A stretch of DNA of 61,534 nucleotides, filler included, from Choristocarpus tenellus KU-1152 (taxonomy: Eukaryota; Protista; Phaeophyceae), in NCBI GenBank assembly GCA_964200185.2. It is 7 parts of 7 records of this genome, joined end to end, with 100 filler letters (N's around TTAATTAATTAA, not from the genome) between each part and the next. Parts side by side here need not be neighbours in the genome. Positions count along the whole stretch, not along the records: positions 23,354 to 30,588 come from CAXNAD020006491.1; positions 30,689 to 33,580 come from CAXNAD020023876.1; positions 33,681 to 44,591 come from CAXNAD020002634.1; 4 more parts are not named here. The stretch is one strand, 5' to 3'. The first letter of the stretch is position 1. Every line of letters begins with the position of its first letter. Of the stretch, positions 25,614 through 39,400 are shown piece by piece. Under the pieces are notes generated by a model that had not been told where the DNA came from, did no database searches, and saw only the letters and a list, made by a program, of their open reading frames with translations. Made by a program: the position numbers and the translations under genes.

Positions 25614-28291
25614 ATGGCTCCCCTTCTAGGCCAGACTCTGAGAGCTACCGTTATTGCCATGGGCGTCCAAATGATGCTTCCCTACTCCCATGCGCAAGTG
25701 TCCAAATGTGGCACCACTTTTAATGAGCCGGTGAGGAACAATCTTGTGAGGTTTGGCGTTATCATCTTCTGGTTGATTTCTCTACCCTTAAAGGCTGTGG
25801 CAGGAAACCACAGAATAAAATTAACCGCTCGTTCCAGGCCTTGACGCCCACCCCACAATGATGTTCTGGTATATAGAGTGATGACTCATATGCGAATCAT
25901 ATGACTTACACATGATGACAGCAGTTCCACCGGTATTAGGCATGAATGTTGAATCCGACATGGAATCTAAAATATGTTGGTGTCATGTAGAGTAGGTCGA
26001 AGAGGAGGGGTGTATGTGCTGTATTTTTGGGGGTCTATTGAGCGTTAAGGGGTAAAGACACAGATTGGACGGTTCTGGCAGACTGTGTGTGATGTTGAGC
26101 TTTCGTTTCGTTGGGGGTCACTGTACAAGATATCGCGTACAAGGGACCTCACATGATTGTCAAGGAAATGTTTGAATGACTCGTGTTCTTGGTAAGTTTT
26201 CTAGTGTTTTGTTGTTGCCATACTATCATCAAAACTCAGTCGCACGCCCCCTTGTACATTCCTTCGTTTTCCTTCCCTTTCATTGAAATTCCACATCGGA
26301 CACAGTGCTACGTCGCTCAAGTGGATATTGACTCCGGCTGCAACACCGATACAGTTGGAGCCTGTCAGGGCTTTCCATCTGGACTGTCCTGTTTCTCGTC
26401 AAGCTCGACGATCACCAACGGAAAAGTGAGAGTAGGAGCATTTTACTTGGGATATCCTTTCGTTTTGACGAGCGTGCGAATCTCCCACGGTGCTTGATTC
26501 TGAGCTTGCACTACCCACCTACTGAGAGAGCATCTGCTATACTCGTGCAGTCTTACACTACGGCTTATGTTGTCACCACGGTAGAAAATCTAGGGAGCAC
26601 ATCTTTGTAAAACCGCACTACATAGTGTTTTAGGTAATGTCTGTTCACGTTGGATGTTGGCCTTCGCCAAACACTTGTCATATGGAAGCGTTACTTACAA
26701 AACAGAATGGATGCGATAACGCCTATTTCTTTCAGCTGAGTTTGCACTGCAGTAGTGAGACTATCGTGAAGTCCTCAAAGACAGGCGCAATAACCGAGTG
26801 CGGAAACAAATACGATGACGTCATGTTTTATGTACTGCCCCAAGTGTTACTACTCCAATAATTATCAACTTATATAGGGTCAAAGGTGTTGCGCGTCACG
26901 TAATTTTGGAGGTTGAGCCAAAGTATCTTTGAGGGTAGAGCCGTGTCCATTTGGGGGTCAAAATCCAATGTTGCGATTTCGATGCAACATTGGCTATCAT
27001 GTTTGTTAGGAAGTGTCAATATCCATATTCTGGACACACCTTTTTATAACATTTTGGAGAAGGAAAATGTCATAAAATAACCCATGGGAAGCCAAGCCCC
27101 AAATGGACAAACAGGGCAAAACTCGTACCCTCCAAGATACTTTCACTCGGTTGAACCGTCATGTTTGGAGAAAGGTGCAATCATTAGAGTAGTTTTAGGT
27201 TGTTGTTGTGCATCCTCTGCATCGTTGGGCTTTGTCTATCCAGCAATAGTAACCAAGCATGCCAGTCATGCTTTATTGTCATCAGTCAATGCCTCAGGTT
27301 ATAACATGCAATCTTTTTTTTCTGGGGAGTATATTCCAACTACAACATTCTAACATTATTTTTCATGCTCATGTTTGTTTGGGGTATACAGGATTGCGGA
27401 GCTGGTGAGGGCAGTGACTGCAAGTGCTTTGAAGGCATTTGCTTTGCACTTGGCTCTGGTCTTTGCAAGAATCCAAAGACAGCGGTTGATAGCAGCTAGG
27501 TACACCCAGATCTCAGGCCACAGCACTGGTCATGGTTTGTGTGCTATAACTTCATTGGAACGCATGGAGATTTTGAGGATCTGCCCACCATAGATGATCT
27601 CTTCAATACAACCTGTCTCTCTTGGAATTGAATCTTGGTCCTGTGTTTGGTATATTGTTTGTTGGATAGGAGCACTTGGTAATCAAATCTTTATTGCTTT
27701 ATCCAAGTCGCCTAGTTTCCTTTTTGCGCTGTTTCTTTTGAAGGATTTCTTCCATTATTGCATACCTGTGTTGTACAACCTCTGATGCCAGGTTTGGGAG
27801 AAACAAACAATTTGTGAATAAGACTAATACTACAGGAGCAGTAGAACTGACATAATTATAGAGCATGACACAATCTCTCATGACCTATTTGGTACTAATT
27901 TTAGAACCAGATTTCCGTGGGTTTCTCACAATTGCGCAACCTGAAAGCACGGATTGAAGACATACTTCATCTATGATTGACAACCCTCTCTAGGAGTAAT
28001 GCATTATTTTTGCAGTTTGATACCATGCTTTTGTCTATCTTTTGTATTATATGTGGGACCGGCCTACGCAGATAAGACAAATTAATTGCATGTAATAAAC
28101 GACCTCCAATTAACCTATTTTCTTCCATCTTTGTGTACTCCTTAGGGTTAGGGTTAGGGTTCCGGTTAGGGTTTGGTATATCTGATTACGCAGATGGTGA
28201 CATTGAGGATGGTATCTTCTATAATTCCAAAGGCCTTGTCTTGTGTGCAAAACGTTTCACTGGACATGTTGGAAAGGAATGCAGATCTTGA
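25614..28291 (+). CDS. Orphan secreted cysteine-rich protein, about 157 aa; exons 25614-25730, 26306-26425, 26736-26831, 27392-27434 (GC donor; alternative GT donor after 27458), 28194-28291
   Basis: Signal-peptide-like N-terminus MAPLLGQTLRATVIAMGVQMMLPYSHA-Q. Five phase-compatible exons give 12 Cys (13 with the alternative donor) and end CAKRFTGHVGKECRS-stop. Confidence 0.75.
26915..27148. mobile_element. MITE family A copy 2 (234 bp, opposite orientation to copy 1; TSD GGTT), intronic
   Basis: gagccaaagtatctttgagggta ... taccctccaagatactttcactc, with GGTT on both flanks and an internal deletion relative to copies 1 and 3. Confidence 0.9.
28142..28173 (+). repeat. Short interstitial telomere-like (TTAGGG)n
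   Basis: ttagggttagggttagggttccggttagggtt just upstream of an acceptor site. Confidence 0.7.
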
Positions 28292-30588
28292 TGTTAAAAC
28301 ATGACCTCAAACATGGAAGAGTAGGCAATATGGGGATGGGTCTGGCAGTGCACCTCCACGTGAATGACTGCAAATGCTACGGGACTATTGTTTTTTTTTT
28401 TGTTTACTGAGTTATGAGCAAGTCACTGTGAGGCATTGGCAAAATAGAATGAGCTCTGGATTTCCTTTGCAAACATACACATGGGTGGACATGTACGATT
28501 AATCAGAGTCAAAGTAAACGAGAGGTGCTCAGTTATTGAACGTTTTTCATCATAAGTCAATTTTTCTATATTTTGCTATCCACCCCGTAATTCTATGGCT
28601 TAAGTGCTAAGTTTGACTTGAGAGGGCTGATTTCTCTGTTGTTCAAACCTTTTAGACACACTTCGGGAAATATCTTATAAGCATTTGTAGAAAATTACAA
28701 ATTTGTACACATGCACTGACATCCTTAATATGCAAGCAACTCTGGGTGCCTCTTGTTTACTTGACTCTCAACACAGCCGAAGTTGATGTAGTCAGGGACA
28801 ACCGCCCAAATAATTCGAACAACATAGACTGAACATAGATACTTCTAGAAGCACCTATACCAGTGGACGCTTGGCACACAAAAATTAACTTCAGGAAAGA
28901 TATCATGTGGGCCTTGTCCAGTCACATGCTTTCTAAAGTATTCTCTGCTTCGTGGGGAGGTTGGTAGTTACTATGGATGTATTCCTGAGATTGTTGCTGG
29001 GTGTATCTGGGCAATGTCCTTGGTGATAGGCAGAAGCAATTTCAGTGCATAGGGGCAGTTTCCGGAGCGGTAGAACACAGTAGAGGGGATACCTTCACCT
29101 TCAAGACAAAACCTGGATTTTTTGTTCATGAGTGAGCTCGGTGCTTAGTCAATTCAATGTCCCACAATAGGTTTAATGATGCACGGCTAACAAATTTCTA
29201 AATTACAATAGAATTTCCACGGTAAGCATTCAAAATGCTGAAACAAACTTCTTCCCCAAGGACACTCTCTGACCTCTGGGCTCTAAATAGACTGTTCCTG
29301 ATACTCCAGAGTACCTTGTGCTTTTGGTGGTAAGGTATTTGTATACACGTAGTGCTGCACTGGTAGTGTCTTGAGTTAAGGATAGCCCAGCAGATATATA
29401 GCAGAAAAGATAAACACCTTTTTTCAGTATACCACATGTTTCTTTTTTAATTATGACAAGATTTTGGTATGACTTTAGCACTATTGAAGATCTCTATGGT
29501 CTATTGGTATATTGCAAACTTGGGGAATTTTTTATGCCCTGAGGTTTCTAATGCGATATGCCGATCATACATATAAAATATATCCAGAAGACTATAGCCA
29601 TTTAGTTATTCTTGAAGAGTCCAAAAAAGTGTACTAAGTCCTGATGTTTTAACATCAAGACCTGCATTTCCTTTCCAACGTGTCCAGTGAAGCTTTTTTC
29701 ACACAAGACATTGCCTTTGGAATTACAGAAGACACGTGGTTCAATTTATCAATCGCTTACACTCTATTGTCAATTGTCAAAATTGCTGTAGTATATTTAT
29801 GCTACGCCGTTGAATGTTAGGACTATTTGGTTGGGTGCTACAGCTTGCTAGCTGCGAAATACTTTCGATTTTCATCACATTTGCTTCACTCTCAATCTGG
29901 GTCTCCCATTTCTTTTCAGTCCTAACTCGAGATGATGGTCCATGACCTTGACCCTTTCCCCCTCGCTGCTGGAGATGACGCTGGAATTCCATGCACTATC
30001 CTTCATAGCAAAATGCACCTCTCCTTGTAATATATGTATATATATATTGCTCCCGTTTTACCATGCCCACGCATACATGTTAAAGATTCGAACAGATATA
30101 GCCATGTCAAGTAACAGAGCTTTGAAAAGCATTATTTTTCCTGTAGACCAGAAAATATATCGTCTCACCCCTGATCAGGGCAAAGTGTCACAGATTTGTT
30201 TTCCCAGAGATATAACTTAATTTCAAGAGTCAAGTTGTGAGATACCCTGACAAAAACCTTTCCCCGGACTTCATTGGAATAAGTTCGAATAAATGTTCAG
30301 TAACTTACCTACACCACTGCAGGACTCGTGTGTGAATTAATTTTTATTTTCTTCTACATCCACTAACACAACAGCTAGATGTCATATTAACACCATTTGG
30401 AATAGGATTTGAGATTCAGAATGAACAGATGCATGCGCCTTATTGCAACCTTAACCTGAAAAAGAAAAGGTTTTGTATTCCATTTCAAATCTACCGTACT
30501 TTATTTCTATTTGGAGTATATAATAAATGACTCGATGGATCAAAGTATCTTGGGGGGTGGGGGTGGTTTGTGAGGGGGCGTCCGTTTC

Positions 30589-30688
30589 NNNNNNNNNNNN
30601 NNNNNNNNNNNNNNNNNNNNNNNNNNNNNNNNTTAATTAATTAANNNNNNNNNNNNNNNNNNNNNNNNNNNNNNNNNNNNNNNNNNNN
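30589..30688. other. Artificial contig linker
   Basis: N44-TTAATTAATTAA-N44. Confidence 0.99.
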
Positions 30689-33580
30689 ATTATGAATTGG
30701 TATTTATTCCGCATTCAACTACTTTGACATAACCGTTGACTAAGATAGGAAGCACAAATACAACCCGATGTAGACCGATGGCTCTGCTCACACAATACAA
30801 CCATTGCCTACTTTGTAGGGTATTGTACGTCCTCTTCATCAAATCCTTACAATAGAAATCATTTTACAACAGCTAAATAACCTCTACAGAGTTGTTAGCG
30901 CACATCCCAGTCCTTCAAAAACAGACGGAAGGAGAAATCAACAGGGCCAAACAAAATTAGACACCCAGAAAGATGCACCTCTTCATGCGACATAGGTGTC
31001 AAATCAGTATAATATGGCGACAACCACACCACCAATCCAGAACCATCATTTCGGAACACGTTTTTTGACAAACAGAACCCCAACGGGTTGCTGATGATGA
31101 TCTCATAAAAGGAGTTATCCAATCGAAGCGACCGATTTATCCCAGCCAATCAAAATGCTGCAAAACCTGCATGTGCAAGGAGAAGACTGCACTGATTTGG
31201 TTATATGGTAGATGCACTCGTATGCTAGCCTGTCACACCCTTGCGCTGCCTCAGTCGAAACCCCAATCGTCAGGCAGAAACAGGGACTATATCACCACAA
31301 CAGGACTTCCATGCACTAATAGGTATCAAGTCAAACTTCACTTTTATACAGAGAGGTTGTCAACCGTGTACTGGCAGCCCTTACACCGATGCTTCAACCT
31401 GTTTTAAACCCAGAACTCCTCGCCCGCTGTCTGTGCAGCCTTGAATACCGAACCTTCTTCCGTTCCTAGCAAACACGGTACCTCGTTCGTTCCCAAAAAG
31501 CAACGCATCAAAACCCGTTCAACCAGTCACATCCGTTCCCCAGCCTGTGCTTTAATCCCCACTTGCTCTACCCACAGACAAGACGAGCAATAGAAGTCGG
31601 CACTTTTCGGGCAAAGGCTTACCTCCATCATCGACCTCCCAGGACGAAGTCGATACATGACTAAAGGCACACTGAGTATGCTTTCATCATGCTTGTGGTC
31701 AATACTACTTCACGTCCATAACTGACGAGTGCAGGTATATATAAAACGACTCGTTAGTTCCCAGGGGAATCCGCCCATACCTTTCGGGAACCCACCGAGG
31801 ACCTCATGGTACTCAATCCACTGCAGAGTCTCGTACGATGGTAGCCTTAATACAAACGCATCTCCGATACCTAGCAGCGATGCAAGACTCGAAACTCCCT
31901 CCACTATTCGTGAGAAGTCCAACCGATTCGGACGCTGCAGAGTCGTCCTAAAGTTACACCATGGACCATGGAGTCTGAGTTTCCAGTCATGTCATTCCAA
32001 CTATAGACATTTAGACTTTCGTTTCCACCTCGATAATGTTCACCACGACACCGGCCTATGGTACTAGTCAAGTATTGACAAATGCCCTGCTATGTCACCT
32101 ACACAGAGTCCACTCGAGAATGCTTGTCCAGGTACTCCTTGACACAGGAGCAGGTCTCATCTATTATTGTGAAAATTGCTTACCGCAGCTGAACATGGCA
32201 GGCAAAGGTACCTTACATGCAGGAAACCCCAGAGGGTGCAATATTCGACCAATGCTAGTTTTGAGGTCATGCAAACTTCCAATAGCGTTTTCCCCAGAGG
32301 AAAAAGTGCGCAATATGGGTTGTAGGATAATGGTGGGGCTGCCTTACGAGATTATTTTTAGGAGCAACATTTTGTAGACAACACTAGAGGGAACTGTTAT
32401 TTAGAGAAGGTCAATGCTCCCAACCATCACCACTGTCACCATGGGTACCTTTTGTCAAGATTCCAACTCTCAGATCAAGCAGTAAAGATGTACCCTTGTC
32501 AGACCTTAGCAAATGGCATTGTAGTACAAAGGAAAGTTCTAAGATGGATAGTTGTCAGACTAGGTCACTAAACAGAATAAATGAACAGCTTTACCTTACT
32601 ACAGTTGGGTATTTATCATGCCTTCTAGGACCTTCACAACCCTAACACAAGATCATGCCCAACTAATGTTCCCACCCCAGAACAACTCTTGCCCCGATAG
32701 GATATGTTACATCTCTTCCCTATAGGCACTAGTATCAAACATTGTGGAAGGATGAAAGCGGAAGAGACAGGTTGGACACAGGGTCCAGTTTTTGAGTTCA
32801 AGTCACTGTACTGGAGGGTACAGTTTAAGGATTGAGGTAAGGAGGAATTCAGCAGGAGAGGCAAGTGCCTCCTCCAGAAAACCTCCCAGCAGGTAACAAC
32901 TGTATGCCTGAAGGACGAGGTGAGGTTCAGCCGGTATATGCTAGAACAAGATACTAAAGCAGTGAAAATCATAGTCACTGAAAGGAACATGAGATGGAAG
33001 AAGCTGGAATGAAGAAGCTGCTGACGTTAGAGCACACAGTAATATACATTGGTTGTATAGTCCGAAGACCTTAGAAAATATATACACTGAACTCATTACT
33101 TTTTATTTTTATATTTTTCCTCTTTTCTCACGTGTAACAACTCTCTGTGATCTTGAATTCTCTATTCTTTATATCTTCTATATCTCACTTCTGTTTTCTA
33201 ATGTTTATTTATTTTAGTTCTCATCCCATCATCCCCTGATTCTCAATTTCGTTTCTTTTTCGTGGTTGTTACTCTCCTTATTTACTGACTTTTTTCTTTT
33301 CTTTTTTTTCTTACTTTTCTTTTTGTTCTTTTCTTTTCTTTTCTTTTTAGTCAGTTTCCACTTTGTTACCCTCATCATCCACATATTTTTTATCTTTTAT
33401 CTATTGTCAGTTTTTATCTATTTTCTGTCTAGTGTCAGTTTTCTTTTTTCTTGTTTTCTGTTTATTTATTATTACTACTATTTGTTGCTCTCATTAGCCC
33501 TTCTTTATTTATTTATCTTAATTTTTGTCATTGCCTGTTTTGCGCACTAGCAGCCTTGATTATGCTTTGTGCTTGGGGGG

Positions 33581-33680
33581 NNNNNNNNNNNNNNNNNNNN
33601 NNNNNNNNNNNNNNNNNNNNNNNNTTAATTAATTAANNNNNNNNNNNNNNNNNNNNNNNNNNNNNNNNNNNNNNNNNNNN
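33581..33680. other. Artificial contig linker
   Basis: N44-TTAATTAATTAA-N44. Confidence 0.99.
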
Positions 33681-33745
33681 ACTATTTTTTTACCCCCCTT
33701 CCCCCCTACCCCCCATGAAAAAAAAATAAATTTTAATATGTGGTG

Positions 33746-33794
<49 letters not shown>

Positions 33795-34247
33795 GGGTTG
33801 TACCCCTTTACATGCATGTTGAGCATCCAAAAACTGTGTAGAGCAATCCTTACGGCTCCTCATGCATGAGTGAAGACAGTGCGCTCAATTGCGTCTGTGT
33901 TTTGTCTCATCAAGGAAGAAGTCCTAGCGATATACACGCAATAGACCCCAGAAAAAACAACACATACGCAATCTTTCCCTGAAAGTATCAAACAACAATG
34001 CGTTTGGAGTCGATTCGTGCCTATTTGATTTATTTTTTTTTAAACCTTAGAGCGGAGACTAGTTAGTATCTTCCGGGTTTTTTCAGTTAAAAAAAAAAGA
34101 AGTAAATATACCGCGTGATCGCTAGGAGTTCTACAGTTTGACACAAAAAAAAAGTACCACACGGTAGCTTATTGACAATGTATGTTTTCACAGACCAAAT
34201 CTGGGGGTGGCCTTTCCCCACAGATCGGATTTTATATTTTTTTTCAC

Positions 34248-34590
34248 CTGGAACGCATCGATGTGAGGGATCACATTAAGGGGAAGGGGATGGGCAAATA
34301 TCTTGTTGGAGGGCATCTCTCCTGTGGTGACGTACTTCTTGGTCTCATCCAACAACTCTGTCATGCCAGGGGCTCCAGCTCCGGACGCCGCCTTTTTTTC
34401 ACCACAAAAAAAAAAAAAACACAAGAATTATCAACAGCAGCAGAAGAAAATAAGGTAGGTGTGTGTACCAAGGAAAAAGGTCGAAAGGCCAAGGCGTAAA
34501 ACAAAGAAGGGAGTGTGTTCAACCCGAGGCCGATTTGGTCCTAGAGACGCAATACACAAACACAAAGAATTAACGCTTGGGTCTTCATAA

Positions 34591-34623
<33 letters not shown>

Positions 34624-36434
34624 CACACAAAACTATCAACCCCCCCGTGCCCCTCTTTCTCACAGTATCCCAAACGCCTTTAAAAAAAACGCAATTACAG
34701 GTAAAGGAGTCACACAGGCTCAATACCTGCTGGGTTTCTAACTTCAACCGAGCCCCCCCCCCCCCCTTCTCTCTCTCTCTCTCTCTCTAACCTGGTACGT
34801 AGACATGATGCACTTTTTCACACCGAACTCCTTGTGAAGAGGGTAAAGAGCCATTAGGGCAATGGCAGTTGTGCAGTTTGGGTTGGCAATTAGCTTCTTG
34901 CCCTTGCACTCATTGAGGTTGATCTCTGGGACCACCAGCGGAACATCTGGGTCCATACGCCAAGCAGAAGAGTTGTCAATCACCACCGGACCGTTCTGCA
35001 AAAGGGCGTTTTTGCAGGAGACATTGATAGTCAGGATGGCGTCCCGTTTTCGCATGTGCGCGATCCGCAGGGTACGATGCAGGAGTTCGCTTTCAAGGAC
35101 AAGGGTAGTTTAAGGGTGTGTGAGAGTGGAAGGATCAAGGGGGTACATGTCGGGGTGAAGGTATTACATGGGTTCAGGATATCTGTAACGTGTTTTGGAA
35201 AAAGGGCATTCGAACGTCTAAATTTTGCAACACTGTCAACGAGATGTAGCATGGTTTAGTAATAAATGCCACAGAACTCAACACTCTAACGATTCACTGT
35301 ACCTATTCATCGCTGGATTCTTTTGCGCATTTGAGGACCGTTGGGGTCAACAAAGAACCTCTCGGTCGAATTCCCTTTGCATATCATGAGAGGCTAACCT
35401 AGGCTATTTGCTGTCTTTGGAAATCCGTCCCGATCCAGAAAGGTACCACATAGGCAACCGTCCCTGATACCACCTCCTAGAGCCGAATTAATGTTAATAT
35501 GCAACCAATCAAGGAAACAAACGCCTCATCGGGATAATCTCTCTCCCATAAACCACTCACAACCCACCCCTTCAGATATCTTCGTGGCATACTCCTTTGC
35601 GAAGTCTCCACCTACGGCAAGGAAGACGTAGTCACATTCCCTGGCCTGCATGAGGAGGGGGTGGAGATGTTAGAAGGAGATCAGTGCCCGACCAGAGCAG
35701 TGGGATAAGGAGATGGAACAGAGGAGCACAATGGTTATACACCAAGGACAAGGGCTTCAGTTTGAAATTGAGCAGGAAACAACAAAGACATCCGAACTCT
35801 ACTTACCGACTCAAGAGAAAACTCCTCGATGGTGATGTCTCCTAGAGGCGTGTTCTTCACGTTGCCTGCCGATCTTGCGGAGGCGAACAACTTCAGCTCA
35901 CTGACAGGGAGACTGCTCTTCGCCAAGCATCCCACTATCTCCTCCCCCACAGCCCCGGTCGCCCCCACAACCCCCACACTAAACCCCTTTTCCGACGCAG
36001 ACATCGTCATCCCTTCTCCAGACGTGAGATCAATCGAAGACCTACCCCCAACCCCAACAGTTCCGCAATCTGCACACGGGTGGAATTGGCGAGACCCTCT
36101 CGCACCTTGAGGGAAGGCAACTGATCCGCTGCAAATGCATTGAGGGTTCCAACAACGATAGAGAAGAGAGTAATGTGAGGGAGTATTGACTAGACTGGTA
36201 GGTTCTGTTCTAGATTAGAGGCGACTGTCACCAACGTTGAAATGGTGAACACAAACCAGGCATGAACCTGATCTATGGTGAAACCTGATCTATGGTATCA
36301 TGATTCATATCCCTGTTGTGTGTGGACACATCTCACCCCTTTGCAGCACGGTTAGCGATTACCAGACAAGAAGGAAGGATGAAGGCGTGCACCTGGTCAG
36401 CAACAAGAAGAGCAACGAATGCTGCCACCTTCAT
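34248..36434 (-). CDS. asd: Plastid-targeted aspartate-semialdehyde dehydrogenase, 3'-truncated; exons 36337-36434, 35807-36128, 35568-35645, 34792-34995, 34248-34391
   Basis: Signal peptide [20 protein letters not shown] (ASAFAP-like). Rossmann motif [33 protein letters not shown], catalytic ANPNCTT, STYQ|AASGAG and [10 protein letters not shown]. Phases are consistent. Confidence 0.96.
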
Positions 36435-39400
36435 AGTTGACCAGTCAACTGCAACAAGAAAATAGTTGGCAGGGGTGCTCCACACACCAAACCACAAAAC
36501 CAAAACGCATCAACAACATAATGGTTAGGTTAAATATCGGTATATCGTTTCTATTTCGATTTTCTACATTGTGTGTGAACATGTTCTTGTTGTGTCGATT
36601 AAATACAGATTACAGATTCGATATGATGTTGAGGAGTGTTACACAACCATAATATTTTAATTGTGTTGAAGTTGTAACGTACCCCACAAAAAACGTACAC
36701 CGTCAAGCAGGCAATTGTGGAACCCAGAGAGAAGGTTGCAGCAGAGGAGGGGTCCAGGGGAGAGCAAAAACACCCTGCTGGAGGGAAATGTACCCCCTAC
36801 GAATGGCGTTCAAGCATGCAAATGGCAACTCCGCACAGACCCTAATAGCATTTGCCCCAGTCATAATACCATATATATATATATATATATATATATCTGC
36901 TCGGCCATCCACCACAGACAATGGCCATCTGTTCTGTCTCACTACCTTCAACACGCTGAAGAATCTCTAGACAACGTTTGGTTTCCAGGTGGTCTCATCA
37001 TCCGGTTGTCTGGAAAACGAATCCTTCTCCACCTGAGGGATCAGATGTACTGCCATAAGAGCGTTCCAACAGCTCGAGGTGGATCTCCATGAGGGGAATT
37101 ATCATTAATATGGAGAAGATGTGCGCGTCTCCCCCTCAGATTTACCAGCCTTTGCAATGAAAGCTGAATCTCTTGGCCATAGAGAACATCAGCCTTAACC
37201 CCAGACACTAATGGTTTTGTGGCCCCATAGTAGGTATGGATGCCTTGTTTAAAGCCCATATATGGCAGGAATACTGGAAAGCTCTGGGTCACGGTACCTA
37301 GCCACACACCTAAGTGAGAAAAGGATAGCACTTGGCTTGGCTCCTCAACGCCTGTTCCCTGTCTCTCCCCCTCTGGGTTACACGATAGGGGTCACTCCAA
37401 CTTCGATCCGCAAATTTCTCCATGCACCTGATGTCAACACTTTTTGGGTACTTGAGAGGATCATGGAGGCGACAGACTCAACAGAGCCAATGAATGTGTG
37501 AAAAAGAGTTTCGGTTTAAGCGAGTGATACGGTATGACTATTAATGGAACTTTTTTATGGTACATACATGTGAAATTAGCAGTATCATTGCAAAAATGTG
37601 TATCGTCTAGCCTTCCACCTACCCCCAATTTCATACTGAGTAGAAGTCAGAAAAATTCCTGCCAAGTGTTTGGGGTGCACACTATAGACAACGCAATTTT
37701 ACACACAATGTCAACGCAATTCTTTGAGGGTGGTAGGTGTGAAATTAATTTTCTTTACTTGAAGGCTCATCAGCAGGTTGAAGCACGGATGACAACTATA
37801 ACAGTGCAGGTGGCTTAGGTCCATACTCCATGGTCCCTTACCAACACGCGCTTATTGTAGTGTTACAGTCAACTAGTTTATGTGCATTGCTTCTCATGGT
37901 CAAACCAGTCCGAAGGGTAAGTATGCGTGTGGACAACCCAAAAGGAAATGTTTGATTCGCCATAGATGCGGTGTAAAATTTGTAGCCTGACAGTGAAGCA
38001 ATAGTTTTTAGTTGTATTTCGACTTCTTTCAGGCTGTTGTCGTGGACGCCCACTCCCACAGTTAACTGTTTCTGATACAGTGTAGTACACTTCAAAGTGC
38101 CAGCCTAGGTTTCAGGTTTATTTATGTTTTTAGTTTTCTTGATTTTGATATTTTCTATTTTCAAATATGCAGCTATGGTTGCTGTATCAGAAGATTCTTT
38201 CCAGAAGCAACATAGACTGTTGTTGTTGCATTTGTTGTACTCCCTTCCTTTCACCTCCTTGTTCCCTCCACTATAACATCTGCAAAATCTCAGTGTACAA
38301 AATAACATGTACCTCAAAGCAGTGTACAAAATTTACCCACGGGTGTTTTGCAGATGGGGGACAAGAAACAACATACCGCGAGGCAGTGAACGCAACAAAC
38401 ACGACATTTATTTGAGTCTGTATTCCTTACAATAATGGTCTTCCGATTACCAACAACAGTAGATGTGACGTACCCAGAGTGTATATCGCATATATTCTTA
38501 TAAACAAGAAACCAATTCCGTACATACCAGGAAGCTGCGCAATTGCAATTCTATCTGAAAACATCCAAGAAACACACGATGGCATACGCAGCTGAGACTA
38601 CTCCTATACTGGCACTATGGAGTTGATCTAGGAACAAAAGTAGAATCCTAAAGGGTTGGTCAAGGCCCATGTTACACACCAGGCTGGTGTGTCCATATTG
38701 AAGCACATGATGTACCTCGAAATTGCAATTTTCCAATGACAGACCCAATCTGTTGCAGGCATGCATTCACTTGTCCCTTCCTACTGAAACTTGAACTCCT
38801 CTACCACCAACTTCATCGTGACACAACTCACCATGATATACAGAGTAAGCTCTTTGGTTCTTATCAAGTACGATACCTTGAGTACCCCAAAAGTGCTGCG
38901 GATAAGTATATACTATTGCGTCACGTACAGATTATTTTGATGAATCGATTGATTATTGTAACATATATTTGTTTTGATGCATGGTGTAATGATGCTCTAA
39001 CATTTAACAGGGGTTGGTTGCCGGAAGGAAAATGTAACACGAAGCACACTTGGACCTGTGGTCAAAAACAAAAGGAGAAGAACATATATCTGGAAAAAGA
39101 TGAGAGAGGAAGAGGTACAGAATGCAGCCATACTGCAACAAAATGCAGAAAAATAATGATAGGGAGAAGGAAATATTCGGAGTATATAAAACATAATTGG
39201 ACAGACACACATGTAAAAAGAAACAAGAAAATACTCAACATCGTAGAAAACAGAAAATGCTCGATAGTCATGTCCCAACAAAACAAATGCCAAACAGGTA
39301 TTAACTCCGGTATCTGTTACCTACACGAATTTCGTAGTTTCAAGCCCCACCGACGTCAGATATCTTTTCACGGAAATTCAGTTTCAATTATCCGAAGTCC

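Noticed and set aside
29777-30330. Possible terminal exon(s) of a minus-strand gene
   Set aside because: The reading frame is ambiguous and no homology is recognisable.
33266-33550. Hydrophobic 94-aa ORF resembling a membrane protein
   Set aside because: It is a product of T-rich low-complexity sequence near a contig end.
36700-37500. Possible additional LINE RT remnant (similar hints at about 32150-33000 and 39860-40300)
   Set aside because: Only faint partial motifs are visible, so boundaries and family cannot be supported.
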